Shown here: in pieces, positions 49,764-61,720 of the stretch | Layout of the letters: every line of letters begins with the position of its first letter | Position numbering within the stretch: position 1 is the stretch's first letter | NCBI RefSeq assembly: GCF_021869535.1 | Contig: NW_026262582.1 | Span: 69,688,001-69,752,000 of the forward strand | Direction: 5' to 3' | DNA: 64,000 nucleotides | Source of the DNA: Mytilus californianus | Lineage: Eukaryota | Notes under the pieces: generated by a model | Told to the model about the DNA's origin: nothing | What the model saw: the letters and a program-made list of their open reading frames with translations, nothing else | Databases searched by the model: none | Position numbers and translations under genes: made by a program

Positions 49764-52019
49764 ACTTAAACTATTGTGTTAATTTCTTTTCAAAATTAAA
49801 GCCTTTTCTTAATTAGAAGGTATTGTAAGTGAGTTTGAATAACCATGTTATCGTGTCCAACGATGCATTGATAAATCTCATATCACAATTAATTGGTTAA
49901 CAAAATACAAATATAACACTTCTACCTTTAAAGATCTTTATATTACCTGGCATATGAATATTATCTGTTTATACAAAATAAGACATATTCGAAATTATTT
50001 CTAATAAAATTGAAAATGGAAATGGGGAACGTGTCAAAGAGACAACAACCCGACCAAAAAGCATATATAAAGTATATATAATAAGTATGTTGTCGAAATT
50101 TTTCTAGCACTCTAGGCACATCACGATTTTCTTGCATAGGAATTTTCGAACAAACCTTTGAATAATAATGTAGTAAAACAGATGAAATCATACTATATTT
50201 ATAAAACAAAAATTGACAAATAGAATGTAATCATTTTTGTTTCATAAAAAGTGAAATAGCCAATAATAATTAAAAAAAAAAACGGTAAAACTCGCTATTT
50301 TAACAAAACAATCCACTAAAACATGCAAAATTAGAAAAAAAAACCATGATAACTTAAGAATAGGAACAACAGAGAGAATACAGGGATTCGAACCTAAACC
50401 GACAAATCCCTATCTTTAACTCATTGATTTTAACCATGCTAACCTCGCGGCTACCAACTCATACTATACGACTGCCTATTGTGTCTTTATAAAGGTACAA
50501 GCCCTGTGTGTCCGATGAACCGATGTATATCAGATGTTCATTTAAATATATAAAATAGACATCTATAGTGTAACCCATTGGTAGCCGAGAGGTTTCGTCG
50601 ATGTGTTGATGTCAGTCACACATAACAGATTTCAAGGAAGGGTTCGATTCCCAGTGAAGGCATATAAAAATTACAAAAATTAAAGGTAAGTTTTTAAATT
50701 AATTCCATTAGTGAACAGAAATCAGAAAATTAGCCAATTCAAACTTAATGAAATTAGGCACACAAAGGAAACAATTGAATATAATTTGGTGAGTCAATTT
50801 CAGCAGCAGATTTAGGAAGCGTTGATTCTAGAAAAAGAATCCACGGTAAATGAATAGGCTGACGTCACCACAATGGTTTAAGTCTAATTAAATCCAAATT
50901 TGAAGTTATGAAAGGGCCCATGCACTTACGTGGTTTCGTGTTCTATAGATATATTTTGGTCATTGTTTGCAAATTTTTGGACCCGCAAATATAGAGCGCA
51001 TTCAAGTATAAACTAAATAGTTTTCAAAATTGTTTGTCTGTATGAACAACATTTTTCCTGTAATTGTTTCGTGGCACTTGCATGCGCTCAATATTTCGCA
51101 ATGACAAATATGTGTAAAAATATACAAATGTTATCCTTTTTTGTAAATAAATAGGAATATTGATATTATTAGACGATAAAATCTCTGTGAATATTCTTGA
51201 CATTTCAAATATATAACAATTCAAACTTTGCTCATGCTAAACAAATATATTTAAGCTAAAATCAACTAGTTTTGTAATATTCAATTTTTGTAGACCAAAA
51301 ATTGACCTTCGTGCACGGCTCCTTTTGGCAGTAGAACTTCTCGTACTAAGTAGTACCAAAGAAAAAAAAAAGGCAGAAGGTACCAACATATAAAAAATCA
51401 CAAGTTGAAGAAAAAATCACAATACAATGGCAACAAAAAAAAGAAAAGAAAAACAACAGTTTACAAATTAGTACACAGAAAATTGAAGATGGAGCAACAC
51501 GAACCTCACAAAATTAGTAAATATTTTTAATTTTTTAACTGACATTCAATTGTTTAATGTATTCTTGCTTTTATCTTTACGACATTACAATTTAAATATT
51601 CCTTTTTTTAACTGATATTTAATTATTTAATGTATTTTTGCTTTTATCTATACGATATTACAATAACAGTTGTTAATGTATGGCGCTCTTCTATATTGTA
51701 TATAGAAAAAGGGGTCCATACCCAAAGCACCTGTGATATGTATGATTAGGTTTTATGTTTCCAGACGGGTTTGACCAATCTGATTAAAATCGAATCCTGT
51801 GTCCAAGTTTTGATTACAAAGATCAGAAAACTATCCGCTCTACTTTCTGTTTCAAAGACTTTTCGGGATCCTCTGGTTTTGTCGAATTAATACATACGTT
51901 CAAAAATTTGAAGGCTGAAACTTCATTGGCTGATGTAATAATTACAAGAACAGAAAGTAAAACAGAGTGTTGTCAGATCCTTGTAAGCAAAGCTTAGACA
52001 CAGGATCTGTGTATTTTAA

Positions 52020-52298
52020 GGGAGCTACCATTTGATTTTTATGGGGGGCTAGGATGAAATTTGAAAAAAATAGGCAGGACAGGAGTTTTGAGTAATAAAA
52101 AAGGCAGGATGAGACACTTGCAAAAAAAAAGTCAGGATGACAATTTAGGTAAAAATAGTCAGGATAAACTTTAAAAAAAAAAAGGTAGGACCGAATAGAG
52201 TGAAAAATAAAAAGGCAGGACAGAGATTACAACTAAAAAAAAATGCAGGACAAAATTTTTCATCCTAGCCCCCCAATAAAAATCAAATGGTAGCTCCC
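52020..52298. mobile_element. PIF/Harbinger (Tourist-like) MITE, 279 bp
   Basis: ~42-bp TIR GGGAGCTACCATTTGATTTTTAT(T)GGGGGGCTAGGATGAAA; TAA TSD at 52017-52019 and 52299-52301; internal GCAGGA repeats. Confidence 0.88.
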
Positions 52299-52340
52299 TA
52301 AGCAGATTGCGGTTTGACAATATAAACTTACTCGTTATAG

Positions 52341-52455
52341 GTACTTAAAGAGTCCAAACCTCATTTAAGATCCAGCAATAATCAACAATTAATTAACAAG
52401 ATGAAGAAGTTGACAATGGAAAAAGAACTGGCTATTACCGTTGTCTTAATTATAG
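52341..52455 (+). CDS. Opsin coding exon 2 (ICL3 and start of TM6): VLKESKPHLRSSNNQQLINKMKKLTMEKELAITVVLII-G
   Basis: Acceptor CTCGTTATAG| and donor G|GTTAGT. Phase 0 in and phase 1 out match exons 1 and 3 exactly, and the E-K-x-L-A-x-T-V-x-L-I pre-TM6 pattern is typical of opsins. Confidence 0.88.
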
Positions 52456-52469
52456 GTTAGTTGATATTA

Positions 52470-53500
52470 TTCGGACGAATGGGTGACTTGGGAATAGAAA
52501 TGTGGTCACATTGGTCTTCTTTCGACCGACAGCAAAACCCTTATTGGGGATCCATTTGTTTATGCGGGATGTACAATTTCGCTGCCATGTCTGGTGAGAA
52601 TAAGGGCGTTAAGGGCATACGATACAGTTTTGTTCCAATGGTGATTTTTTACGACCATTTGCATACAATCTATTTTTCATTTCGTCCATTCAATTATGTA
52701 AGAAAAAATATACCTCTATGTGCTACTTTTAGAGATAAATGGGGTCGAAATAGTACACATTTACTCAAAATATTTGTTTCTTGGAAATTTCTGTCCTTTA
52801 GATAGACATACCGAACTTATTTGTTTCAAAATGTAAACACAAGCGGATTTTTGTGAAACCTTTTGGAATATTTTCTTTACATAAGTATACTATAAATTTG
52901 TATAAGAATTCTTTGGAACTGATTAATTTTCATTAAATTTTTATGATTTTTGAAAAAAAAATCGGCATTTTTTGCTGTACATTTATTTAATTTGAAAAAA
53001 AAAAATCAACGGTGATTTGTTTATAAGAATTGGTACAAATAATCTTTATACATAATCAAGCCAAATTTCATTTAGAAAAAGCGCGGTTCATATTTTCGTT
53101 TTAAAAAAAAAAATGCATCTTTTTCCAATATGTCACAGTTAGACGTCGCGAAAAATAACATTTTACATAAGCAACGTCATTAACTCCCCTGTAACTGTAT
53201 CGTATGCCATTAAATCCGATGCCTCGTGTAATGGAGAGTGTCACGCTCTATGAACGTTAAGAACCCTCGCAACTACTTTTTGAGCAGTCTGTTAGGTGGC
53301 CTGTTGCAAGGCAAGAATTTCTGTCCCTATGGAATCTACCCTCATTTTCCAGTGGCAGTCTAAATTTCCACGAACTTCGTCCCGGACGGCCTCTATTACA
53401 GGACCTACTTATTTTATTTATTGTTAATTTGTTCTCATCCTGAACATGCATGAAATATTTGCCACTGAACGTTGAGCAACCAACAATCAATAAATCGGAC
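52470..53500 (+). mobile_element. SINE-like element (same family as 9563-9990) split by a nested MITE
   Basis: The two halves join at TTAA to give ..GGGCG TTAA ATCCGATGCCTC.., colinear with the other copy. Ends ..CAACCAACAATCAATAAATC. Confidence 0.75.
52613..53209. mobile_element. Kolobok-type MITE (597 bp) nested in the SINE
   Basis: TTAA TSD at 52609-52612 and 53210-53213; TIR (G/T)GGCATACGATACAGTT. Confidence 0.82.
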
Positions 53501-54313
53501 AAATGGCGTGTCGTCAATGTTCTGGCGCCGTTTGATTTCAGGTTACCACAAGTTTTCTGTAGTATGGAAAAAAAAAGATCTCCAATTGACAGAAAATCTC
53601 TGAAATATTTTGTATTTATATATAAATTAAGTTGAAACGAGGTTAAAATGATATATAAATTGAGTGCCGCATATCATCTGAAGTTGAACAAGCGAACTTT
53701 TGTGAATAATTTAACATTTATCATGATTGTTTTTTTTTAATTGACAAAACGTAAACGAACCAACCTTATTGTTGAATTCCACTAATTAATACATAGGAAC
53801 AGTTTGTTTGCACTGTATATGAGGGTCTAGAAGGAGTTTACAGCATAGAGAAAAATGGAAAAAATAATGAATAGAGAAAAGGAAGCCAAAAATAGAAAGA
53901 ATAGAGAATAATAGGGTGCAAAAGTATAAAGAAAAGCAGTGGAAAATAAAAGAATTAGGTGATGCAATACTGATGACAGAAATGTACGATGTATAGAATA
54001 AAAAAAAACCCAGCTAATCACAGAAAGATTTATTACTTAAATCATTTTTATGAGAATTTTACAGAATAAGCGTTATTTTTAAAGATAAAGAAAAGTGCCT
54101 CAAAATTTTAAAGAAAACAGAAATTAAGGACCTCCTCTACATCCTGACCCTAGTAGATGTAGGTACAATGTAGTATCTAAAAGTTTAAATTCACGTATTT
54201 TCCCTGTGTACTCATATATGCAAATAAGGAGATATGGAATGATTGGTATTGAGGCAACAATTCACACGTCGAGACCAAAGGACGAGGATGTAAACAACTG
54301 TAGGACACTATGC

Positions 54314-54585
54314 GACCTTCAACAATTAGCAAACGACCATCAACAAATACAAAACGACCTTCAATAATTAGCAAACAACCTTCAACAATTAGCAAACGAC
54401 CTTAAACAAATAGCAAACGACTTTCAACAATTAGCAAACGACCTTCAACAAATACCAAACGACCTTTAAGAATTAGCAAACGACCTTCAACAATTAGCAA
54501 ACGACCTTAAACAATTAGCAAACGACTTTCAACAATTAGCTAACGATCTTCAACAGATATTAAACGACCTTCAACATTTAGCAAA
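54314..54585. repeat. 21-bp minisatellite (CCTTCAACAATTAGCAAACGA), ~13 copies
   Basis: Read directly. Confidence 0.92.
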
Positions 54586-55083
54586 CGTCTGCCTTTCTTT
54601 ACCTCTATTTTTTTCGAGTTTATATGAAACCAACTCTTTTACTCACATGCTTGTCTATCTTTGCTTTACTCAGTTCATGGACCTTACTTTTCCACTCACA
54701 ACAAACAATCAATCAATCAACCAATCAATCAATCAGTTTGTCCTACCTAAGTGAAGTCTCTGTTTACCAAAAAATGAAATAAGGCAAAGTAGGTAATAAG
54801 AAAATTGTCACCCTTAGAGTGGGAACATGTTTGGTCCTAACCTCCATTGCTGAAGAATAATTTTGTCATGGGCTATACGTTACATGATTGTTCAGTAATG
54901 CGTTATTAAGAGGGTCTGGATTTGGGATCCTTCATTTTTGAATTCTTTTATTTTGTAGCTCATTTTTCTGTCTTCTTTATATTGATGTCAGTTGTTCTCA
55001 ATTCTTTATATTTTAGTTAATTTGTTTTTTTTATATTTTAGTATCCTATTATTCTCTATTCTTTAGTTTCGGCCTGTTTGTTT

Positions 55084-56333
55084 TTATTCTCTATTTTTTG
55101 GCCAAATTTACGTTGTATTGACCCCTTATTCTCTATTTTTTTGGCCAAATTTACGTTGTATTGACCCCTTATTCTCTATTTTTTTGGCCAAATTTACGTT
55201 GTATTGACCCCTTATTCTCTATTTTTTTGGCCAAATTTACGTTGTATTGACCCCTTATTCTCTATTTTTTTGGCCAAATTTACGTTGTATTGACCCCTTA
55301 TTCTCTATTTTTTTGGCCAATTTTCCGTTGTATTGACCCCTTATTCTCTATTTTTTTGGCCAATTTTCCGTTGTATTGACCCCTTATTCTCTATTTTTTT
55401 GGCCAATTTTCCGTTGTATTGACCCCTTATTCTCTATTTTTTGGCCAATTTTCCGTTGTATTGACCCCTTATTCTCTATTTTTTTGGCCAATTTTCCGTT
55501 GTATTGACCCCTTATTCTCTATTTTTTTGGCCAATTTTCCGTTGTATTGACCCCTTATTCTCTATTTTTTGGCCAATTTTCCGTTGTATTGACCCCTTAT
55601 TCTCTATTTTTTGGCCAAATTTCCGTTGTATTGACCCCTTATTCTCTATTTTTTTGGCCAATTTTCCGTTGTATTGACCCCTTATTCTCTATTTTTTTGG
55701 CCAATTTTCCGTTGTATTGACCCCTTATTCTCTATTTTTTGGCCAATTTTCCGTTGTATTGACCCCTTATTCTCTATTTTTTTGGCCAAATTTACGTTGT
55801 ATTGACCCCTTATTCTCTATTTTTTGGCCAAATTTACGTTGTATTGACCCCTTATTCTCTATTTTTTTGGCCAATTTTCCGTTGTATTGACCCCTTATTC
55901 TCTATTTTTTTGGCCAATTTTCCGTTGTATTGACCCCTTATTCTCTATTTTTTTGCCAATTTTCCGTTGTATTGACCCCTTATTCTCTATTTTTTGGCCA
56001 ATTTTCCGTTGTATTGACCCCTTATTCTCTATTTTTTTGGCCAAATTTACGTTGTATTGACCCCTTATTCTCTATTTTTTTGGCCAAATTTACGTTGTAT
56101 TGACCCCTTATTCTCTATTTTTTGGCCAATTTTCCGTTGTATTGACCCCTTATTCTCTATTTTTTGGCCAATTTTCCGTTGTATTGACCCCTTATTCTCT
56201 ATTTTTTGGCCAATTTTCCGTTGTATTGACCCCTTATTCTCTATTTTTTTGGCCAATTTTCCGTTGTATTGACCCCTTATTCTCTATTTTTTTGGCCAAT
56301 TTTCCGTTGTATTGACCCCTTATTCTCTATTTT
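55084..56333. repeat. 42/43-bp tandem array (~29 copies) inside a TIR element in opsin intron 2
   Basis: Unit TTATTCTCTA(T)6-7GGCCAA(AT/TT)TT(A/C)CGTTGTATTGACCCC. Bounded by GAGGGTCTGGAT (54910) and CCCCATCCACACCCTG (ending 56354). Confidence 0.96.
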
Positions 56334-57193
56334 GAAAACCCCATCCACACCCTGATTTAACTTTTGTAATTTGTCTCTTATTCAAAACTTTTTTCACTTT
56401 CTTAATTCGTCTCTTATTTAGATAACACATATTAAAAAAAGAAAATTGGTTACCGCTGACAAGAAAATTCGTAACCTATCAAAATCGAGTTTTTATCGAA
56501 TCCCTGTCCTCAGTCTCATGGAGAGTCTGGATTGGGTTTTATAAAAAAAAAATTTGGACAAAAAGTGCGAGGATAAAGGGCAGAAATATAAAGAATAGAG
56601 AAAAATAGGCCGTAAAATTAAAGAATAGAGACTAATGGGGTGATGAATTAAACAGAATCGAGAATAAGGATAAACATTAAAAAAAGAATAGAGAAAATTG
56701 ACTTAAAGAATTCAAGAATAAAGATAATCCCGTCCAGACCTTTCTTCTCGATTAAAAAATTAGCATTATTTTTGTAACTTCCTGTATTGTATAAGAATTA
56801 CGAAATGTGCAAAATCGATGTTAAAAAAAGTCTTTCCTTCATTGTATACCGTAAATTGGGTTATTTTGGTTGTAGTTTTATTTTGGTTTATTTGGTGCCT
56901 CCAATGAAAGTGCCAAAATTAAACACATGAAAATAAAGCAAACACTAAAAATTGAAACGCCAATATTGCGTACTGGTACGACAATATCGTAATGTTAATT
57001 GTTGGGGAAAATATCATATCTTCCGTATATTTCCTACAATGTTATACAAAGCCAAATCTGCAAATAAATACCTGGTATAATTTGACAACACTATATAATT
57101 TTTACTTAATTGTCAATTTTCTCAAATTGTTATTGATAATGCATATAAAGAAGAAACGAATTCTATCTCTTTTTTCATTGGCTGTATTTTCAG

Positions 57194-57669
57194 GATTCTT
57201 CCTGTTATGTTACTCACCTTACGCAATCTTACTTCTTTGGAAACTTGCCAACAAAGACGTTGACATTGATCCTATGTTAATGGCCGTTCCTGCCATGGTA
57301 ACCAAAATAGGTGGGATGTTTACGCCATTTGTTTATTTGGGACGTAATAAAAGCATTCGGTCTAAAGTCTTAGACTTGTACGCATGCTGCAAAACAAGCA
57401 ATGCTGTTTTCCCGGAGATCGATGATGAAGAACCTCAAGTTCCAGAAATGATGACAAAATCACGTAAAATTAAAGCCATTATCAAAAATCTAACAAGCAC
57501 AGAAATTAAATACAAGTCAGAAGAAAGCACAGAAGGTCACGTCGTGGCAAAGGTCATCCCGAGTGACAAATGTAAATCACTTGCATGTATACAAAGCAAT
57601 GAAACACTAGAAGTGACGTCATCCAATAGTCTTTTAAATTTTAACATAAAACAGTATACAACAGTGTAG
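57194..57669 (+). CDS. Opsin coding exon 3: TM6, TM7 with the retinal-binding Lys, helix 8 and a ~100-aa tail
   Basis: Acceptor TATTTTCAG|; CYSPYA; PAMVTK (K296 at 57304-57306); TPFVY; NKSIR; CC. The spliced CDS is 648+115+476 = 1239 nt = 412 aa. Confidence 0.92.
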
Positions 57670-57680
57670 CCATATAATCC

Positions 57681-57757
57681 AAACTCTAGCCTAGACCGGA
57701 AGCTTGGGTAGCCAGCCATAGAATCGAAACTTTAGCCTAGACCGGAAGCTTGGGTAG
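57681..57757 (+). repeat. 31-bp direct duplication with a 15-nt spacer in the proximal opsin 3' UTR
   Basis: AAACT(C/T)TAGCCTAGACCGGAAGCTTGGGTAG at 57681-57711 and 57727-57757. Confidence 0.9.
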
Positions 57758-58457
57758 AAATATGATGTGATGCAGATTGAGAATGTCGAAAAAGAGAGCT
57801 GAATGCCTGCTTTTAGTTTTAGATAAATATTAAGTGTCTGCAATGTACTTCACAAATAATTAATACAAGATGGTCTTGCGTTATTGATTTTAGGTGCTGA
57901 AGGTGTGTATCTTTTTTTTACGGAACAATTTTTCATTTATTTGTCTTTGTGCTAATAAGTTTCCTTTGGACGTAGGAATCTAAACTTGATTCGGTATTTG
58001 TGCATCCGGCTATCGGGTTTTTGAATTTGGGCGTTCCTGGTGCAGATAGAACGCAAGAGGTTATTATTACAGTGTTGTAACCTTGTATTTATATTAAATT
58101 TACGTAATTTGTAGTTTTATCGGGAAAGTGTATACTAGTACGACATTTTGTTTCTATTCACTGAATGTGCTATCAACTACAAAAACATTTTTGTTGGCGT
58201 CTTTGTCAGATTAACTATCAATTGCAATAACCTTTTTGTTGGCGTCTTTGTCATATTTATTTGTATGTTTGTTAGAATGTTTTAGTCAGTTGTGTTGTAT
58301 GTCTGTGATGTATGAGTACACAGTTTTGGCTGCTGGATCCCAATTATTGTCACATTAACCAATTATCTCTGTTTGGGTTGCTCACCAAATTTTGTCACTA
58401 TAACGGAACTATAAACAACTGTCATACAAGTGGGAGGTTTAGCAAGTTATAAACCAT

Positions 58458-58952
58458 GTCTGGGCGTATGACATTTACGCCGATTTTATAAATTTTCAAT
58501 CTTTCATTTGCGCCGATTTGGTTGTTTCATTTGCGCCGATTCAATAATTTCAAGTTCCATTTGCTCCTTTTTGTATTTTAGTGCTGTGCTTTTTTCATGG
58601 CGTAAAGAGGTTTTATTGTCCTTTGATATTTTAAAGGCTGTAAATAGATTTTTATATCATTTGATATTTTATTGCTATACTCAGTTATTTTAGTGGATGT
58701 AAACAGAGTGCTTTTAACCTTAAAATTGACTTGTTTTGCTCGAAATCCTACTTCCACCTCCCAATTGTGGGCAGGGGCAACAGATATATACATGTTTTAA
58801 TTGATAATTCATAACATATGTATAACTGGCTAGCGGAAGAGGTTTATAATGATAAATAGAAATAGTTTACCCCTGTAAAACAATCGGCGCAGATGAAAGA
58901 AATAATCAGCGCAAATGAAATGCAGATCGGCGCAAATGCAAAATGCCGACCA
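58458..58952. mobile_element. Element with inverted clusters of TTTCATTTGCGCCGAT motifs
   Basis: Three forward motifs at ~58470-58545 and three or four reverse motifs at ~58880-58940. Exact termini unclear. Confidence 0.5.
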
Positions 58953-61154
58953 GGTTTTACCCCTCATTTTCTCCAGAAAATGCCAGTACGAAGTCAGGAA
59001 GATGTTTTCCATACAGTTGCTTGAAAATTTCTAAAACGTTCGATTTTGTCGGGTTTTATGGACTTTCCCCTTTTTAAATTTTCTTTAAAAAACCATGAAA
59101 AAATAACAAGGATTTTATAAGATTTTGAAAAAAAAATAGCTTTTTAAACTATAGATATTAAAATTATGAAAAGAAAAGTAAGGGTTAGCGGGCAAAATAT
59201 TTAATGGCACAACATGGATAAAACCAGAGGATTCCAAATATCTGACAAAAATTCTGAAACATAAACAGCTAACATCCTTAATGAATGGATGGTTTCATAA
59301 TGGCCCTGTTATGTGTCCAAAGTCTGTAAAAATGGTCTGGGGATGCCTGTAACGCCGAGGAACATATTAGCATCCGAGGCCATTACTACTGATCGAGGAC
59401 ATATAATAGCCTAGGGCAATATTGTGAAAACACCAATTACTTAAAACAAATATTAACCACATAAACAGAGGAAATATTTGTTTAACCAACTTACGTAAAT
59501 TATTGTTACAATGCAAAGTTTGAATTAAAATCGGTACCATTATGGATAAAACCGGTCATAATGATTTCTTTTATACTTTTTATACCAATATAGAACTAGT
59601 ATTCAGACAATATTAACAGGAAAGATATTTGCGATGTAATTTTCTGTGATCAATGATTATTTATTTGAGTAGAATGATCCATGTAAACGGTTAGCCACTT
59701 TAAATTTTGTTTCGAAATAAACGTTGACCTATTTAGATTCTTTCTAGTAGCTTTAATGACTGTCATATCGACAGGCTCTAATTTAGGATACAAAAAGTAC
59801 TTCTAGTGGCACATATGTCATGCATGTTTAGTACAACAATGAATAAAGCAATTATGATCTTCTTCAACTATTCAGTAAACACAATATTGTGAACTCTTTA
59901 GGTCAATGCAAAAATTGTGAAAGACAAAAACAGGTCATCCCTTTTTGAAATACACTCCGGCGTTTTTTTTATTTGATTAAAAAGTAAACATGACTAAATA
60001 GATCATTAGTTCTCAAATCAACAAAACTCGATAGAGCATTTCGTTAGGTATTAAATTCAAAATAGTATTTGTATATATACGCAGTGTAAAAACAAATCAA
60101 ATATAAAACTGTTCTCAATAACTAAGAGGACTAATACCACATTTCTGTTACATAATGTACATAATACCGGAAGTTCGTGTCTATCCCGGAAATTGGTTTT
60201 ATACATGTTCATAATTTTATAAGATTTGTGTGTTGGCTATAATGGAGGGTCTGGATAGGGATCCTGCAGTTCTATATTCTTTAATTTTTCAGACCACTTT
60301 CTCTATTCTTTGTTTCCCCCTTTATCCTCTATTCTTTATATTCCAACATCCTGTTATTCTCTATTCTTTTTTTGTTCGTTATTCTGCTCGTTTTGTCCAT
60401 TATTCTCTATTCTGTAAACCCCATCCGTATCCTCATTAAGAAGTACAATAAAGGTCCTTAGTGCCATTTTATGTTTTAACGACTTCCTACAGAAGATATT
60501 TATTAATATAAGCATATTACATCATACGTTATTTAAGTCTCTGTAGTATTTCCTGCATTTAAAAATCAATTACTTACCATCATTACAGTAACAATATTTC
60601 TCAATAAACTTAGAAACTTCCGGTAAGTGTTCTGACGGTAAACAAAAAAAGGAGGAGATAACAATGGGGCAATCCAAAATTTTAAACCTCATAAAACCAG
60701 GAAACGTCATGACAATCACCCCCCCCCCCCCCCAAAAAAAAAAAATAAGAAGCAAAAACAAAACCCAACAGACCAAAAATCACTACAAAGAAAACTAAAG
60801 ACTGAGTAACAGGTAACCGACCGAGGATGAACTGTCTGTAAGAAGATACATGTACCAAGTGGAAAATAAAAAAAAACAAAACAAAACAAAGAAAGCCAGA
60901 CAACAAAAACTACTAAAAGGACAAACAGATGAACAGAGAACAGTACAAAGAAAACTACAACAGCATTTTGCTGACAGTTGATAGACTGAAAGATGACTTT
61001 GAGATGAAGAACAGCAATACTGGCGCTGTTCCTTTGCTTTTATGTGTTCTTTGCTGTGCATGAACTGATTTTGTGTCATTGATGGATACCCCATGCATAT
61101 CCATTCTTTTCTATTAAACAAACTCATCATAGATACCAGGATTAAAATTTCATA

Positions 61155-61198
61155 CGCCAGAGGCGTGTTTCGTCTACACAATACTCATCATTGACGCG
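61155..61198 (-). ncRNA. Decayed minimal type I hammerhead motif
   Basis: Minus strand: GCGTCA-ATGATGA-G TATTGTGTAGA C-GAAA-CACGCC-TC-TGGCGT. Core C3 is changed to A and the stem III pair is broken. Confidence 0.6.
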
Positions 61199-61439
61199 CT
61201 AATAAAAAAAGTTAAATAGACTAAATAAAGTACGAATTTAAAGAGCATTGAGGACAAAAAATATAATTCACACACTAAAATTTGGACACACTAAGAATCA
61301 TTCATGTCAAGTTTGGTTTAAATTGGCCCATGAGTTTCAGATGTACAGTTGTTTGAAATAAAAATGCAAAAAATGGATAAAAACATAATAGTTATCAGTC
61401 AAAGGAAATAACTCTTAAAAAAACACTCAACTGACAGTT

Positions 61440-61720
61440 TCATTTGACATTGAGCTTTTTATCGCTAAGGGATCTTAAATTTGACAGTTTATTAGAGATA
61501 TGTTCACGGACTTTTTGTCTTGCAACATAATACAATGAACAAGCGAACTGAAAATCATGTGTTTCATCTTCAACCAAGCCCAGTGTGCAAAATTGACAGA
61601 CACGCTCACATCGAGGCAATATCTCTGGTTTTCCTAACATGTTAATTTTACTCTTCAATTCGAAGACGATGATTGCTCAACATAAATCTGGCAAGCATAT
61701 GACGTTTTTACAAGTTTCTT
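61440..61720 (-). mobile_element. LINE ORF2 3' remnant (CCHC region)
   Basis: RFMLSNHRLRIE..PRCERVCQFCTLGLVEDETH..FACSLY..AR, read across a frameshift. Confidence 0.75.
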
